From assembly GCA_038534095.1 (NCBI GenBank), contig JBCAXK010000004.1, forward strand, positions 8,397 to 72,396: DNA of 64,000 nucleotides, given 5' to 3'. Source of the stretch: Chlamydiota bacterium (GTDB taxonomy: Bacteria; Chlamydiota; Chlamydiia; Chlamydiales; SM23-39). Below are positions 19,477-30,580 of the stretch, one piece after another. Below the pieces are notes generated by a model. That model searched no databases. It was given only the letters and a program-made list of their open reading frames with translations, and had not been told where the DNA came from. Within the stretch, counting starts at the first letter, position 1. Each line of letters starts with the position of its first letter. The position numbers and the translations under genes were made by a program.

Positions 19477-19844
19477 AAGGACCTAAACAAGAATCGGTTG
19501 AAGGAAAAATTTCAAGGTGGTGCATAAAGTCTATCCAGGAAAATTGAATACAAAGACAGTACAAAATAGAAGATTTTGCGTCAAATAGGCTGAAATTTTT
19601 CCTAGGGCTTTTCAAGAACAGTAAGCCGCTTTTTGCCTGAAAAAACCTTTTTGAAGATTCCAAAGATCCGATGTGCACTTTCCACTGCGTTTAAGAGGTT
19701 TTTGTGCGAAAAGTGAGACGTAGAGTCAATGTTTGAAGTATGTCGCACTGCCCTTTACAACAAAATTTTTTTTAGTTTCTTGCCGTAAGAATACCACTGC
19801 TGTTAAACTAACAAAGACATGCAACCGATCTAGCGCGAGGTATT

Positions 19845-20282
19845 ATGACCAAACAGTTCCCTCTTTTCTTTGAAATAGAAGCTTCCTCTGAAAGCGGTAT
19901 CGATAAAAATTGGGTTGCAAAAAATACTGATTCAGATCCGGTGCCTATCGCCATTCCCCCAGAATTTTCGGGGCCTGGAAAAGGGTATTCTCCCGAAGAC
20001 CTTTTCGCTATGGCATGCGTGAACTGTATGATTGCTACCTTCAAAGTCTACGCGCAGCATGCTAATATACAGTTTCAAAACATCACAGCTAGAGCGACTG
20101 TGACGGTGGACAAAGATCTTTCTGCTCACTGTTTGTGTATGAGCAATATTGATGTCACCTTCACCCTCAAAGCCCCCTCCCCGGCTGAAAAAGCGAAATT
20201 GACACTTGAAAAAGCAATTAAAGATTGCGCCGTTTGTAATTCCATCAAATCGGTCAAAAGCTACCACATTAATATCGAATAA
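19845..20282 (+). CDS. OsmC/Ohr family protein
   Basis: PPEFSGPG.GYSPEDLF..ACVNC...C.VCNSIK. Confidence 0.87.
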   Translation: MTKQFPLFFEIEASSESGIDKNWVAKNTDSDPVPIAIPPEFSGPGKGYSPEDLFAMACVNCMIATFKVYAQHANIQFQNITARATVTVDKDLSAHCLCMSNIDVTFTLKAPSPAEKAKLTLEKAIKDCAVCNSIKSVKSYHINIE

Positions 20283-20342
20283 AAAGAAAAATCGTGATAA
20301 AATTTTAGAGTTCGCCTTTTTTTATCCACGTCTGAGGCGCCT

Positions 20343-21146
20343 TTGAAAAATTTAATTGTTGTATGGGCCATCTTCATGTCTACGTTGTCTCTTCATTCTG
20401 CTAATCTGGCTACTTCTAAACAGCCCAATAGTTTCCTTGTCGAAGATCCGCTTGTCATTATTTTATTGGGGCCTCCAGGATCTGGGAAGGGAACGCACGC
20501 CGGCCCGTTAAGTGCCCATTTTTCTTTACCTCACATCTCTACAGGAGATCTGTTCCGTTTTCATATGAACGAAAATACAGATCTTGGGAAAAAAGTGCGC
20601 GCGTACATCAATCGAGGAGCTCTCGTCCCTGATGAGCTCGTTTTAGGAATGTTATTTGAAAGGCTGCAGCAAGAAGATTGTAACAACGGATACATTCTCG
20701 ATGGGTTCCCAAGGTCGATTGCCCAAGCAAAAATTTTAGAACAAAATATTCAAGAGCAAGCGTTATTTGTTGCCATTCATCTTGATGTGTCCGATGAAAT
20801 CATCATAGAAAGGATTTTAGGAAGGCTTCTTTGTCAAGATTGTCAGCGCTCTTTTCATCGGGTCTTTTGCCCCCCCACCAAAGAAGGTATCTGTGATTCC
20901 TGTGGAGGAACGTTAGCGCAAAGAAGTGATGATAATCGGGAAACAATTGCCAAACGGCTATCTGCCTATCATCAGGAAATTGCTCCGATTTTATCTTTCT
21001 ACCGCGCAAAAGGGCTTCTTAGAAGAATCTCCGCAGCCTCTAGGAAACAAGAGATTTTTGCGACAACGCTCACAACCATTGAACGATTTGTTGCGAGTAA
21101 AAAACAGGTCAAGGAAGAAGCGGTAAAAAAGCGCGTAAGAGCTTAA
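20343..21146 (+). CDS. adk: Adenylate kinase (Zn-binding LID) with N-terminal extension
   Basis: GPPGSGKGT, HISTGDLFR, GYILDGFPR, CxxC...CxxC LID, RSDD. Confidence 0.93.
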   Translation: MKNLIVVWAIFMSTLSLHSANLATSKQPNSFLVEDPLVIILLGPPGSGKGTHAGPLSAHFSLPHISTGDLFRFHMNENTDLGKKVRAYINRGALVPDELVLGMLFERLQQEDCNNGYILDGFPRSIAQAKILEQNIQEQALFVAIHLDVSDEIIIERILGRLLCQDCQRSFHRVFCPPTKEGICDSCGGTLAQRSDDNRETIAKRLSAYHQEIAPILSFYRAKGLLRRISAASRKQEIFATTLTTIERFVASKKQVKEEAVKKRVRA

Positions 21147-21152
21147 AGGTTC

Positions 21153-22112
21153 TCAGCGCTCTTCTAAAATGAACAGATCAGAGACTACCGGAAGGTGATC
21201 TGATGGGAACACCCCATCAAAGCAATCGCTAAGCACTCCATGAGTCATAACAGAAATTTTCTTGCTCACAAAAATATAGTCGGGTTTGACGCCAGGTTGC
21301 CCCGCTTCTTTAAAACCAGACCAAGTTCCAGTAGGTCCATGGTGGGGGAAATAGGCCTTGTTTTTTGCGTCGGTTAAACTCGGCTCTTGCCCTTGCTTTT
21401 TGGTAAGAAGTTTGTAAGTTTCTTCTTCTCCCATTTCTGGAAAGAGATTGAAATCCCCTGTGACGATAAACGACCTATCGCCCGCAATTTCTCCAATCTT
21501 TGTACGTAAAAGACGGGCGCTTTCATTGCGCGCTTTTTTGCTGTGGTAGTCAAAATGCGTGTTGAATACGAAAAATTGTTTGCCCGTTTTTTTATCCTCT
21601 AATTCGACCCAAGTCACTCCCCGAGGAAATTTGGCATTCCACGAAATACTAGGGACAGAAGGGGTCGATGAAAGGAAAAAGTGTCCTGTAGCTTTTTTGG
21701 CAAAACGGTTTTTTTTGAATAAAATCCCATCGATGGGACCCTTTTGCTCCCCATCTTCCCAGCCAACCCCGTAGCAATCATAATCGGGTAAAAGAGCCAA
21801 AAGATCGTCCAATTGCTGTTTAAAAGGCTCTTGCAAACCAATGACGTCCGCTTTATGAAAACGGATCATACTCGCAATCTGTTCTTTACGCTTTTCCCAG
21901 CTGCATGGACAAAAATCAGAGTTGAGCTCATTTTGCCATAAAATATTGAAGGACATCGCTCTAAATACCTCTTTTTCATCCAGAAGGGATAAAATTTTTA
22001 CTTTATCCTCTAGCGAGGTCGCCTCATGATACATAGCGGGCTTTTCTTGTACCTGTTGATCTACTCCTATAGGGGAGCAAGAGGACAAAAATAAGGGTGA
22101 TTTGTATTTCAT
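21153..22112 (-). CDS. Endonuclease/exonuclease/phosphatase (EEP) family protein
   Basis: MSFNI, DVIGLQE, FNTHFD, TGDFN, DYIF, PSDHLPV. Confidence 0.9.
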   Translation of the reverse strand: MKYKSPLFLSSCSPIGVDQQVQEKPAMYHEATSLEDKVKILSLLDEKEVFRAMSFNILWQNELNSDFCPCSWEKRKEQIASMIRFHKADVIGLQEPFKQQLDDLLALLPDYDCYGVGWEDGEQKGPIDGILFKKNRFAKKATGHFFLSSTPSVPSISWNAKFPRGVTWVELEDKKTGKQFFVFNTHFDYHSKKARNESARLLRTKIGEIAGDRSFIVTGDFNLFPEMGEEETYKLLTKKQGQEPSLTDAKNKAYFPHHGPTGTWSGFKEAGQPGVKPDYIFVSKKISVMTHGVLSDCFDGVFPSDHLPVVSDLFILEER

Positions 22113-22174
22113 AGGGCTGATTATATTATAATTTCATATATTATTCAAAATAATAATAATTAATTTATTATTAT

Positions 22175-22951
22175 TTATGTTCTTTTAAAAGAAGCTTTGC
22201 TGATGCATATATAAGAACAAACATAAAACAAACCAAAAAATATTGTTACGAAAGCCACTGAAAAGCTTGGTTGTATCTCAGAAACAGAAAAAAATGCGTA
22301 GCGAAAGCTATCGATGTAATAAAACATCGGATTGCAGTAGGCAATTTTTTGCCAAAAACTGGGCAAATAATTGGTAGGATAAAAAATCCCACCTAAGTAA
22401 ATGAGAGGAAGAAGAATAAACTGGCTGATCGAATTCAACGTTTCAAATGTTTTAGCGGTCGCACCTACCGCTGTGCTCAAGAGACCAAAACTGTATCCTG
22501 CAACCCATACGATATAGAGAGCCAGCAAGGGATGATTTGGCACAAGCCATGTATCTAGTTGCGCTTTGCAAAAGATATTGCCCACAAGAAAAATAGAGAG
22601 CGCTACTAAAAACGCGCGCACGCTGGAGGCAAGAGCCATCCCCTGTAAAATCACAAAAGTGCTCAAAGGCGCTATTTTCAAATCTTCGATATCTCCATAG
22701 TACTTTGAAATAATCAGGGAGGAACAGCTATTTAAATACGCATTGTTGATAGTCCCCATCATGATGAGCCCTGGAAGAAGAAATTCCAAATAATTGAGCG
22801 AAAAAAACTGCAACGACTTGGCAAGGCTCACGCCAAAAATCAAGAGGTATAAAGAAGAGGTGACAATGGGAGTTAAAATCGATTGCCCAGGCACGCGTAA
22901 AAATCTTTTGCATTCTCTTCGAAATAGGGCGTAAAGCGGCAAAAAGACCAT
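22175..22951 (-). CDS. ABC-2 type transporter permease (YadH-like)
   Basis: RRE.KRFLRV..QSI.TP, YLEFLLPGLIMM, PLIYLGGIFYP, NPMFY.IDSFRY. Confidence 0.88.
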   Translation of the reverse strand: MVFLPLYALFRRECKRFLRVPGQSILTPIVTSSLYLLIFGVSLAKSLQFFSLNYLEFLLPGLIMMGTINNAYLNSCSSLIISKYYGDIEDLKIAPLSTFVILQGMALASSVRAFLVALSIFLVGNIFCKAQLDTWLVPNHPLLALYIVWVAGYSFGLLSTAVGATAKTFETLNSISQFILLPLIYLGGIFYPTNYLPSFWQKIAYCNPMFYYIDSFRYAFFSVSEIQPSFSVAFVTIFFGLFYVCSYICISKASFKRT

Positions 22952-23880
22952 TAAAAGCCTCCTAAAATATTACAAAAGGCCTCCTCTAACGTACCTTCAG
23001 TAATCGAGAGATCCTGCACATTGGCTAGATCGATCCCAGCTGTGAGAAAAAGGGTAGAAAAGTCGATGTTTCGAGGTATTTGCAAGGTGACTGTGCGATC
23101 ATTTTGCTGAGTCAGGTAGGGGGACTTCAGCGAAGGAAGAGATTTTTTTAGTGTGATCACCACATTCCTTTTTGTTAACTGATCAATGAAGGTAGCTGTC
23201 GTGTCTACCCGAATGAGCTTTCCTGCTCCAAGAATCCCAATGCGATCACAAAGCTTTTCGGCTTCTTGTAAATAATGTGTGGTTAATAAAATGGTCATTC
23301 CTTCTTTGCTGAGCTCTAGAATAAAGTCCCATAGAGCTTGCCGGATCTCGATATCAACACCTGCAGTAGGTTCATCTAGGAAAAGGAGCTTGGGCTTATG
23401 CAGTAGCGCTTTTGCGATCATCAAACGGCGCTTCATGCCTCCACTTAGTTGGGAGCAGGTTTTTTCTTTGTGCTGAAAAAGGTCCAATTTTTTGAGCAAC
23501 ACCTCGATCCAGTTATCATTATTCTGAATGGAAAAAAATCCTGATAAATAGCGCAACACTTCAATCACGGTAAAAAAACCGTTCGACGTGATTTCTTGAG
23601 GCACAATCCCCATCAGGTGTTTTGCGTGAATAGGGTTTTCCAAAATATCGTGACCAAAGACCGAAATGCTCCCTTGCGTGAGCTTTTCTAACCCTGCAAT
23701 CATCGATAACGTGGTGGTTTTCCCTGCGCCATTAGGCCCTAAAAGACCAAAGATCTCCCCAGGACGGAGAGTAAGATCGATTCCATCGACAGCGCGAAAC
23801 GTGTCATAATCTTTTGTCACTCCATTGAGCACTAAGGGAGCAGGCTCCTTCGCAGAGGACGTTTGATAGGAGGGCTTCAT
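22951..23880 (-). CDS. ABC transporter ATP-binding protein (YadG-like)
   Basis: GPNGAGKTT, LSGGMKRR, LFLDEPTAGVD, LTTHYL. Confidence 0.92.
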   Translation of the reverse strand: MKPSYQTSSAKEPAPLVLNGVTKDYDTFRAVDGIDLTLRPGEIFGLLGPNGAGKTTTLSMIAGLEKLTQGSISVFGHDILENPIHAKHLMGIVPQEITSNGFFTVIEVLRYLSGFFSIQNNDNWIEVLLKKLDLFQHKEKTCSQLSGGMKRRLMIAKALLHKPKLLFLDEPTAGVDIEIRQALWDFILELSKEGMTILLTTHYLQEAEKLCDRIGILGAGKLIRVDTTATFIDQLTKRNVVITLKKSLPSLKSPYLTQQNDRTVTLQIPRNIDFSTLFLTAGIDLANVQDLSITEGTLEEAFCNILGGF

Positions 23881-24980
23881 AAGCCTAAAACCTCTGTTGT
23901 CTTTTCAAGATGCTCCAAAGACCAGTTAGGTCTTTGTAAGACTTTGATGTTTTCATGCACATGGGTTTCTGCTTTCATTCCAACAACGACAGAAGAGACC
24001 CAAGGATACGAGACGGTAAATTGCAGAGCTTGCATCGATGGGGAGAGTTCCTTAGGCATTTGATCGAAAATACGTTTTGGCAAAGAAAGTACGCGAGATT
24101 CCATCAAAGGAGAACAGATCATAACATGAATCCCTTTTTCTTGGGCCACCTCAGCAATGGTTTTGTCTTCGGTTTGATTCTTTGTTTTGACCACCTCAAG
24201 CATCACCATATTGAACGGAAGCTGAATAGCGCTAAAGTGGTGATTGCTCCCTGCAACCATTTCAGCGCAGCGGCAAAGACCTTCGAGATCGAGAAGCCCT
24301 TTTGTGCCCGCTTTTTGCCGAAAACCATTCCAAGTCGCCACTCCATAACTCCGAATTTTCTCCTCAGCCACTTTTTCCTCAAGAACTTCAAAAGCGGCGT
24401 AAATTCTTTTATCAAACTCCTCTTTACCAAGATGCAAGTTAATGAGTTCTGGAAGGTTGATGTAGTAGATATCGATGCAGCTGAGCCCCATATTTTCCAA
24501 GCTGTGGTGAATCTCTTCTGCAATGAACTTAGGAGCCATCGAATAAAAGCCATGAAGAATATCATTTTGGCGTAAGATGCCCCTTTCTACGTAGTGAGAA
24601 CGTATGTAGCCTTCATGGCTTTCAGAAGCAGCGTGATCGGGGATCAGTCCTGCTTTTGAAGAAATGATCAGCTGCTCCCTTGTAATGCCAAGGCTCCTTA
24701 ACTCCGGAAGAGCTCTTTTCAGCAGTTTTTCGCTCCGCTGCTGCCGGTAACTGGAGGCTGTATCAATGGCATTGATCCCATGAGTGACTCCCAAAACAAT
24801 CGCATTGATGTAGGCTTGATCTGTGATCTCGTCAGGAGCACCTGAGCAGGTACCCATCGATATACCAGATAGCCGTAGATGATTGATGGTGCGTAATTTT
24901 TCGGGATGAATATTGTGCTGTTCGAAAAAACGTTTTGTCCCTTGTGGTGTCGCAAAAAAAGCGCTTGTATCAAGAGCCAT
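23877..24980 (-). CDS. Aldo/keto reductase
   Basis: GINAIDTASSY..QRSE, ISSKAG, SLENMG...IDIYY, KIRSYGV, IQLPFN. Confidence 0.85.
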   Translation of the reverse strand: MALDTSAFFATPQGTKRFFEQHNIHPEKLRTINHLRLSGISMGTCSGAPDEITDQAYINAIVLGVTHGINAIDTASSYRQQRSEKLLKRALPELRSLGITREQLIISSKAGLIPDHAASESHEGYIRSHYVERGILRQNDILHGFYSMAPKFIAEEIHHSLENMGLSCIDIYYINLPELINLHLGKEEFDKRIYAAFEVLEEKVAEEKIRSYGVATWNGFRQKAGTKGLLDLEGLCRCAEMVAGSNHHFSAIQLPFNMVMLEVVKTKNQTEDKTIAEVAQEKGIHVMICSPLMESRVLSLPKRIFDQMPKELSPSMQALQFTVSYPWVSSVVVGMKAETHVHENIKVLQRPNWSLEHLEKTTEVLGL

Positions 24981-25602
24981 AAATAACGCCCCTCATGATG
25001 ACCCAATTTTTTTCACTAAAAATGGCCTGGTCAGTCCTTCCCAAAGAGCGAGCGTTTAAACGGCTATAAAAAAATACGCTGTTGTTTTTTGGCATCTGTA
25101 AAGGACTTTTTGCTCTTCGCACAAACATGTAGACCCTTTCGACCTCTGCGCTTGGGCCCTATTTCTTGTAAAAGGGAACTCTTTTGCTCCTTGAAATAGG
25201 TACCTGGCAGGGCTTTAAGGGGAAGACCTTGTTTCAACTCTATGCAATCACAAACACATACACAAGTTTGGATTGAAAAGGATCTTCCTTAGTATTTATT
25301 TTGTGTAAAAAACGGGTTTATAGCAAGAGAAAACAAGATGCATTTAAAAGCGTCTAGTGAACATCGCCGCTCCAGATCGAACGCTCCTGTAGTGTTTTTT
25401 TGTATGGCCTAGGTCTTAATCTGAGCCTTATCTCCGCTTTATCTCTGAGTTTTCGGGAAGAAAAAGGCCGATAGAAAGAGCGCTTAAAGACCTCTTCGAG
25501 CGAAGGCAACAGTTTGAGCCTAGGCTTTTAGGAAAAAATCTACCCAGAAAAAAGAGATAAAAGGATTGCCAGAAGAGCGAGTTTTCAGTAAATGATAAAG
25601 GT

Positions 25603-26583
25603 ATGAACTCCCTCGAAGAATATGCTTTCTCGCATTGGATGTTACTCGTTTTCGCCTCACTGTTCTTAGGGGGATGGATCCATAGCTTTAAATGCGCAAG
25701 AGGGTCCCGTTTTGAAATGTACTACCTCGATTTTATGATCGGGATGGTTTGCTCGGCGGCCCTTTTTCTCCTACTACAAAGTGTTTTTTCTAGAGACGTG
25801 TTTTTGATGATGAAAACTGTCTGGCATGAGAAGCGCTTTCTTGCAACCCGCGCTTTTTTTGCAGGAGTTCTTATCAACCTAGTTAACGCCTTTCTTCTCG
25901 CTTCCACCTCTTTTAGTGGAATGAGCATGACCTTTCTGACCGTTTTTGGCTTGGGTTTGATGGTGGATCAAGGCATTTATCTTTATCTCTACGAAGCTTC
26001 TAAAGAGTGGTGCTATTTCCTAAGCAGCTTCTTTCTGCTTTTGGCGATTTCTCGGATCTGCTTGATACAAAGGACCATTCGTCTTGGAGCTGCAAAAAAA
26101 ACGATTTTTTTATCGTGCATGGGAGGGATTTGTCTCGGTTTATTCTATACCTTATTTGACCGGTCTTTAGATACGCCAACTACAGGCGGATTGACTCCTG
26201 GGATCGCAAGCCTTTTTCTTTCGTTAGGGATGATTTTTTGTTACCTATTTCTAGGCCCAGTTCTGTGGAAAAATCCTATTTTTGGACATCCTCTCGATCG
26301 TTATATGTACTACAAAACGCCAGTTCGCGCCCACTTTTTGGGGATACTTGGTGGCGTGATTTGGTTTACAGCCATATGCTTAAAACTTTACGGACAAAAC
26401 CTGCCTCATGAAAAAGACGTATTTTTCGCTGTGCAGTTCGCTCCCCTTCTTGCTTATATAGGGGGCATTATCTTTTGGAAAGAGATCCCGAAAAAACTGG
26501 GGTATCAAGCGTCTTTATATGCCATTTTTTCTCTCTATTTTTTAGGCGTAATCCTTATGGCCTATTTTCGGTACGGATTGTAA
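25603..26583 (+). CDS. DMT-superfamily transporter (ureide permease/GRP-like)
   Basis: About 10 TM segments; LFLGGW...RFEMYYLDF.IG, HFLGILGGVIW, GIIFWKE. Confidence 0.65.
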   Translation: MNSLEEYAFSHWMLLVFASLFLGGWIHSFKCARGSRFEMYYLDFMIGMVCSAALFLLLQSVFSRDVFLMMKTVWHEKRFLATRAFFAGVLINLVNAFLLASTSFSGMSMTFLTVFGLGLMVDQGIYLYLYEASKEWCYFLSSFFLLLAISRICLIQRTIRLGAAKKTIFLSCMGGICLGLFYTLFDRSLDTPTTGGLTPGIASLFLSLGMIFCYLFLGPVLWKNPIFGHPLDRYMYYKTPVRAHFLGILGGVIWFTAICLKLYGQNLPHEKDVFFAVQFAPLLAYIGGIIFWKEIPKKLGYQASLYAIFSLYFLGVILMAYFRYGL

Positions 26584-26650
26584 ACAGGAAAAATAGGGAC
26601 AACCGTTGCCTCTTTTCATTCTGAAACAACGGCCCTAAACCTGCAAACAA

Positions 26651-29359
26651 TCAAGGGACCGATTTCGTGCAGAGATAAAAACGCTCTTTTTCTTCCATTT
26701 TGAAGCCAAATTTCTTCATTAAGGCGCGCATTTGTAAATTTTCTTCAATGAGCTCCGCAAAAACGAGAGAGATCTCTTCATCCGCTGCGATGCTCAGTAT
26801 TTTTTCCATAAGCAAAGATCCAATGCCCCGATTTTGCCAGTCATCGCGCACAACCATCGTTAAAACAGCCCGTTTTGAGCCTGGAATTTTACTCAATCTG
26901 GTGATTCCCACCACCTCTTTTGAAGAGCAGGCTAAAAGGGTGATATCCCTTTCATAATCGCTAAAGCAGATCTGATGGATACGGGTTTTTTTTGTCGCCT
27001 CATCGTAGTGCAAGGATTTTACGTAGCGAAGCTTGATACTTTTTTCTGAGAGTTTCTTATGAAAATCGATGATTTCTTGTGTATCCTCTGGCAAACTGGG
27101 CCTGATGCCGATCTTCGCGCTATCTTGGAGGGTATGAGAAGAGGCCCAGTGGGAGGGGTAAGGTCGGATGGCTAAAGGTTGCGCCGTTTCTTCTTCGTCA
27201 TACAAAACGATGCGCGCATCCAAAGCAATGATATTTTCTTCACCAACTAACAGGGGGTTGATATCACACTCTTTGATCCAGGGCTCCTCAGAGATCACTT
27301 TGCTGAAACGGACAAGAAGCGCTTCTAGTTTTTCTAAGGGAACCGATTTTTTCCCCCGAACCCCTTTAAGGGCCGTATAGATTTTGGTTTGTTCCATCAT
27401 TCTTCTGGCTAATGTACTTGTTAGAGGAGGTAACCCTAAGGCCCTATCTTGAAACACTTCGACTAGCTGTCCTCCTAAACCAAACAGAATCGTAGGCCCA
27501 AATTCAGGATCGACAGAAGATCCTAAAATTAGCTCATAACCCTCTAGGGAAACCATCGGTTGGACACTGACCCCCTCAAAATCACTAGCTGACGCCTTTT
27601 CCGAGACACTTTTTTCAATATCTGCGTACGCATTGACCACTTCACTCTGGTTTTTTAGGTTGAGTTTTACTCCTCCCACATCAGATTTGTGGGTGATTGT
27701 TGAGGAGTGGAGCTTCAGCACAACGGGAAACCCGATCGCTTCTGCATGTTTTTTTGCTTCTTCTTGTGAAGAAGCGACAAGGGTGAGAGCGACATCAATC
27801 CCGTAAAGATGCAAGATTTTTTTGGCTTCGTATTCGGTCAAAATTGTACGCTTTTCTTTCTTTGCTTGTTTGCGCGTTTTTTCAATAAACTCTTTGCGCT
27901 CATCCACTTTTTTGGAAGAGAGTTCCTCAAACTTTGTCGGTTTTTCATAAATACCTCGAAGATTCTCTGCGTAGCGCCACATATAACCAAAGGCTTTTGC
28001 TGCTTCATCGGGATATTCAAAGGTGGGAATTTTTGCGTTATTGAGCATTTGCGCCCCCTCTGCCACCATTTCTCCCCCCATCCAACTAGCAAATAGCGGC
28101 TTTTCACTCTCAGCTTTTGTAGCAAGGTATTTTGCAGAAGCTGTTGGATCGGTCATATCTTGGGGAGTTAAAATCACAAGGGTTCCATCCGACTCTGGAT
28201 TATCCTGAGCCACCTCGACCACTTTCCCGTAGACTTCAGGGCTTGCGTCCCCCAAAATATCAATAGGGTTGTTTCTACTCCACTGGGGAGGAAGGAGGGC
28301 GTCCAAGGCTCCAAACGTCTTGGAACCAATCGGGGCTAATTTCCCTTGATTTTCGATCAAAGCATCGGTGGCTAAGACTCCAGGGCCTCCTGCATTGGTC
28401 ACAATACTCAAACGGGGGCCTTTAGAAAGGGGTTGTTTGGACAAAATATCTGCCATACTGAATAGATCGGCGATCGTATCCACGCGAAGAACCCCTACCC
28501 GACTCAGCGCTGCGTTCAATACGCCATCAGAGCCAGCAAGAGCTCCTGTGTGGGAAGCGGCTGCTTTTGCCGATTCTTCACTTTTCCCCGCTTTGATCAA
28601 GATCACTGGCTTGGTCATAGCTACCTCTCTTGCTGCAGACAAAAACGATCGGGGGTTGCCAATGCTTTCCATATAGATCAAAATGCTTTTTGTGTTTGGA
28701 TCTGATCCAAAATAATCGATCAAATCTCCCCAGCTAATATCAATCATCGATCCAATGGATACGATCGAACTGAAACCCACCTTTTGCTCCAAACTCCAAT
28801 CGAGAACGGCTGTCAAAAGAGCTCCAGACTGACTGATGAAAGCTAGGTTCCCAGGAAGGGCCATGCCCGCTGCAAACGTCGCATTGAGCCCCAAAGTAGG
28901 ATTCATGACTCCTAAACAATTCGGGCCAATAATTCGTATATTAGAAGATCGGGCGATAGCAATGATTTCTTCCTCGAGCTTTTGTCCAGGGGGTCCCATT
29001 TCCTTAAACCCAGCTGAAATAATGACAAGGGAACGCACCTTAGCAGCAGCGCACTCTTGCACAAGAGAAGGAACCGTTTTTGCTGGAGTCACAATAATCG
29101 CTAAGTCGACTCTTTCAGGAATCGATCCGATATTTGGGTAGGCTTTAAGCCCCATCACAGAAGAGCGTTTTGGATTGACCGGAAAAATCACCCCACCAAA
29201 AGGAGTTTTCAGAAGGTTGGTTACAACTGTTCTGCCCACGCTATGCATTTTTTCACTAGCCCCAATCACAGCGACTACCTTTGGAGCAAATATCGCATCC
29301 AGCTCCTTATAGGGGCGGTGCAAAATGTTCATGGAAGGATCAAATCGAGAATCTGTCAT
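26651..29359 (-). CDS. Acyl-CoA synthetase (NDP-forming)-like plus GNAT fusion (Pat/YfiQ-type protein acetyltransferase)
   Basis: [48 protein letters not shown]-grasp HKSDVGGV, C-terminal [16 protein letters not shown]. Confidence 0.9.
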   Translation of the reverse strand: MTDSRFDPSMNILHRPYKELDAIFAPKVVAVIGASEKMHSVGRTVVTNLLKTPFGGVIFPVNPKRSSVMGLKAYPNIGSIPERVDLAIIVTPAKTVPSLVQECAAAKVRSLVIISAGFKEMGPPGQKLEEEIIAIARSSNIRIIGPNCLGVMNPTLGLNATFAAGMALPGNLAFISQSGALLTAVLDWSLEQKVGFSSIVSIGSMIDISWGDLIDYFGSDPNTKSILIYMESIGNPRSFLSAAREVAMTKPVILIKAGKSEESAKAAASHTGALAGSDGVLNAALSRVGVLRVDTIADLFSMADILSKQPLSKGPRLSIVTNAGGPGVLATDALIENQGKLAPIGSKTFGALDALLPPQWSRNNPIDILGDASPEVYGKVVEVAQDNPESDGTLVILTPQDMTDPTASAKYLATKAESEKPLFASWMGGEMVAEGAQMLNNAKIPTFEYPDEAAKAFGYMWRYAENLRGIYEKPTKFEELSSKKVDERKEFIEKTRKQAKKEKRTILTEYEAKKILHLYGIDVALTLVASSQEEAKKHAEAIGFPVVLKLHSSTITHKSDVGGVKLNLKNQSEVVNAYADIEKSVSEKASASDFEGVSVQPMVSLEGYELILGSSVDPEFGPTILFGLGGQLVEVFQDRALGLPPLTSTLARRMMEQTKIYTALKGVRGKKSVPLEKLEALLVRFSKVISEEPWIKECDINPLLVGEENIIALDARIVLYDEEETAQPLAIRPYPSHWASSHTLQDSAKIGIRPSLPEDTQEIIDFHKKLSEKSIKLRYVKSLHYDEATKKTRIHQICFSDYERDITLLACSSKEVVGITRLSKIPGSKRAVLTMVVRDDWQNRGIGSLLMEKILSIAADEEISLVFAELIEENLQMRALMKKFGFKMEEKERFYLCTKSVP

Positions 29360-29602
29360 AGTAGTACTTTTGGGTAAGTGGGATTTATTTACCTAGAGGC
29401 CATTTTCGCTCTAATCTATCAATCACAAGATAACAGATTGAAAAAGTTTTGCAAGCAGGATCAAGACTCCCATCTTAAAGTCTTGCCATCCTACTCTCTA
29501 TTGTTAGGAAGGAACAAGCAAACAAAGCAGCCCTATTTTTCTTGATCTCTTACGCAAAAAAACAGTAAAACTTTTGGAAAAATTGATGATTTGGAGAAAC
29601 AC

Positions 29603-30475
29603 ATGTCAAGTTCAGTAACAGAGCAATCTTGCCTCAACCCTAGTTTTCATGGAGTCAGGGAGGAAATCAGGCAGCAAAACCAAACCCCTGAAAGTGTTCG
29701 AGAAGCTTTTGAGAACCTCGATCCACGTGGCCGTGACAACCTAGGTATTTGGCAACAGCTTTATGATCTAACGCCATCGATCGATAAAAGCAATCCGCCT
29801 CTTTGGCTTATTTTAAAACAATCCTTAGAACGCTCTCCATACAAGCTTACCGAAAGCAATCACCTGGAATATCAGGCTACTTTCATAGAAGATGATCAAG
29901 GCACTATAAATGGCATTACTCCTAAACACCTAAAAGTCTCTACTGTGATGTGGGGGAAGGATCCCCGGCGCCGTTTGTTTATCGCTATCCGTGTGGTGAA
30001 GTGGCTGGAGAAGTATGAGAAGCAAGATAAGCCTAGCAACGTAGAAGAAAGGAAAATACAACTACGGTTTGTACTGACAATTTCTCAGAAATATGCAGAT
30101 GAGAATTGGTTTGTAGTATCTGGAACAGCGAATACCGTTTTCAATACAACGCTTTTTGGGAATGAAACGCCTTTTGGGACCGCTCGCCCTTCTCAAACTT
30201 TGACTCACGAGCATATGCCTAGTATCAAACGTTTACTAAACAATCGCATGATTGATCACAATCACCGTTCCTTATGTTTTGCGTTTCAGAAAAATACTCA
30301 TCCTCAATTAAGCACTTGGACTTGCAGTCCTGTTTATCTCAAAGGAGACTATTGCACTCAGCTTTTTCATGAAAGAAAGGGCTTCAGTAGGGATGCAAAA
30401 CAAAGTACAGGCATAGAAAAAGAGGATAAAAACAGGCTAGAACTAGAACAGGGAGAATCTAAAACTAGCTCTTAA
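29603..30475 (+). CDS. Hypothetical protein
   Basis: About 290-aa ORF; ATG at 29603 preceded by GGAG; Ser-rich N-terminus; followed by a terminator. Confidence 0.7.
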   Translation: MSSSVTEQSCLNPSFHGVREEIRQQNQTPESVREAFENLDPRGRDNLGIWQQLYDLTPSIDKSNPPLWLILKQSLERSPYKLTESNHLEYQATFIEDDQGTINGITPKHLKVSTVMWGKDPRRRLFIAIRVVKWLEKYEKQDKPSNVEERKIQLRFVLTISQKYADENWFVVSGTANTVFNTTLFGNETPFGTARPSQTLTHEHMPSIKRLLNNRMIDHNHRSLCFAFQKNTHPQLSTWTCSPVYLKGDYCTQLFHERKGFSRDAKQSTGIEKEDKNRLELEQGESKTSS

Positions 30476-30504
30476 GACGCATGTCACTTGCTTCAAAAAA
30501 CGTC

Positions 30505-30541
30505 AACAGATTGGAGTCCTATCCTTCCAATCTGTTTTTTT
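30505..30541 (+). terminator. Intrinsic terminator
   Basis: AACAGATTGGA-N10-TCCAATCTGTT followed by a T-run, 30 nt after the stop codon. Confidence 0.7.
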
Positions 30542-30580
30542 GTGAACGATACCTTCGTAACATATTCGGAAAAGGAATTC

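Noticed and set aside
22120..22176. AT-only inverted repeat (AAATAATAAT...ATTATTATTT)
   Set aside because: Low-complexity promoter-type DNA, so the symmetry is likely to arise by chance
23955..24575. 206-aa ORF on the + strand
   Set aside because: Antisense to the aldo/keto reductase, with no motifs
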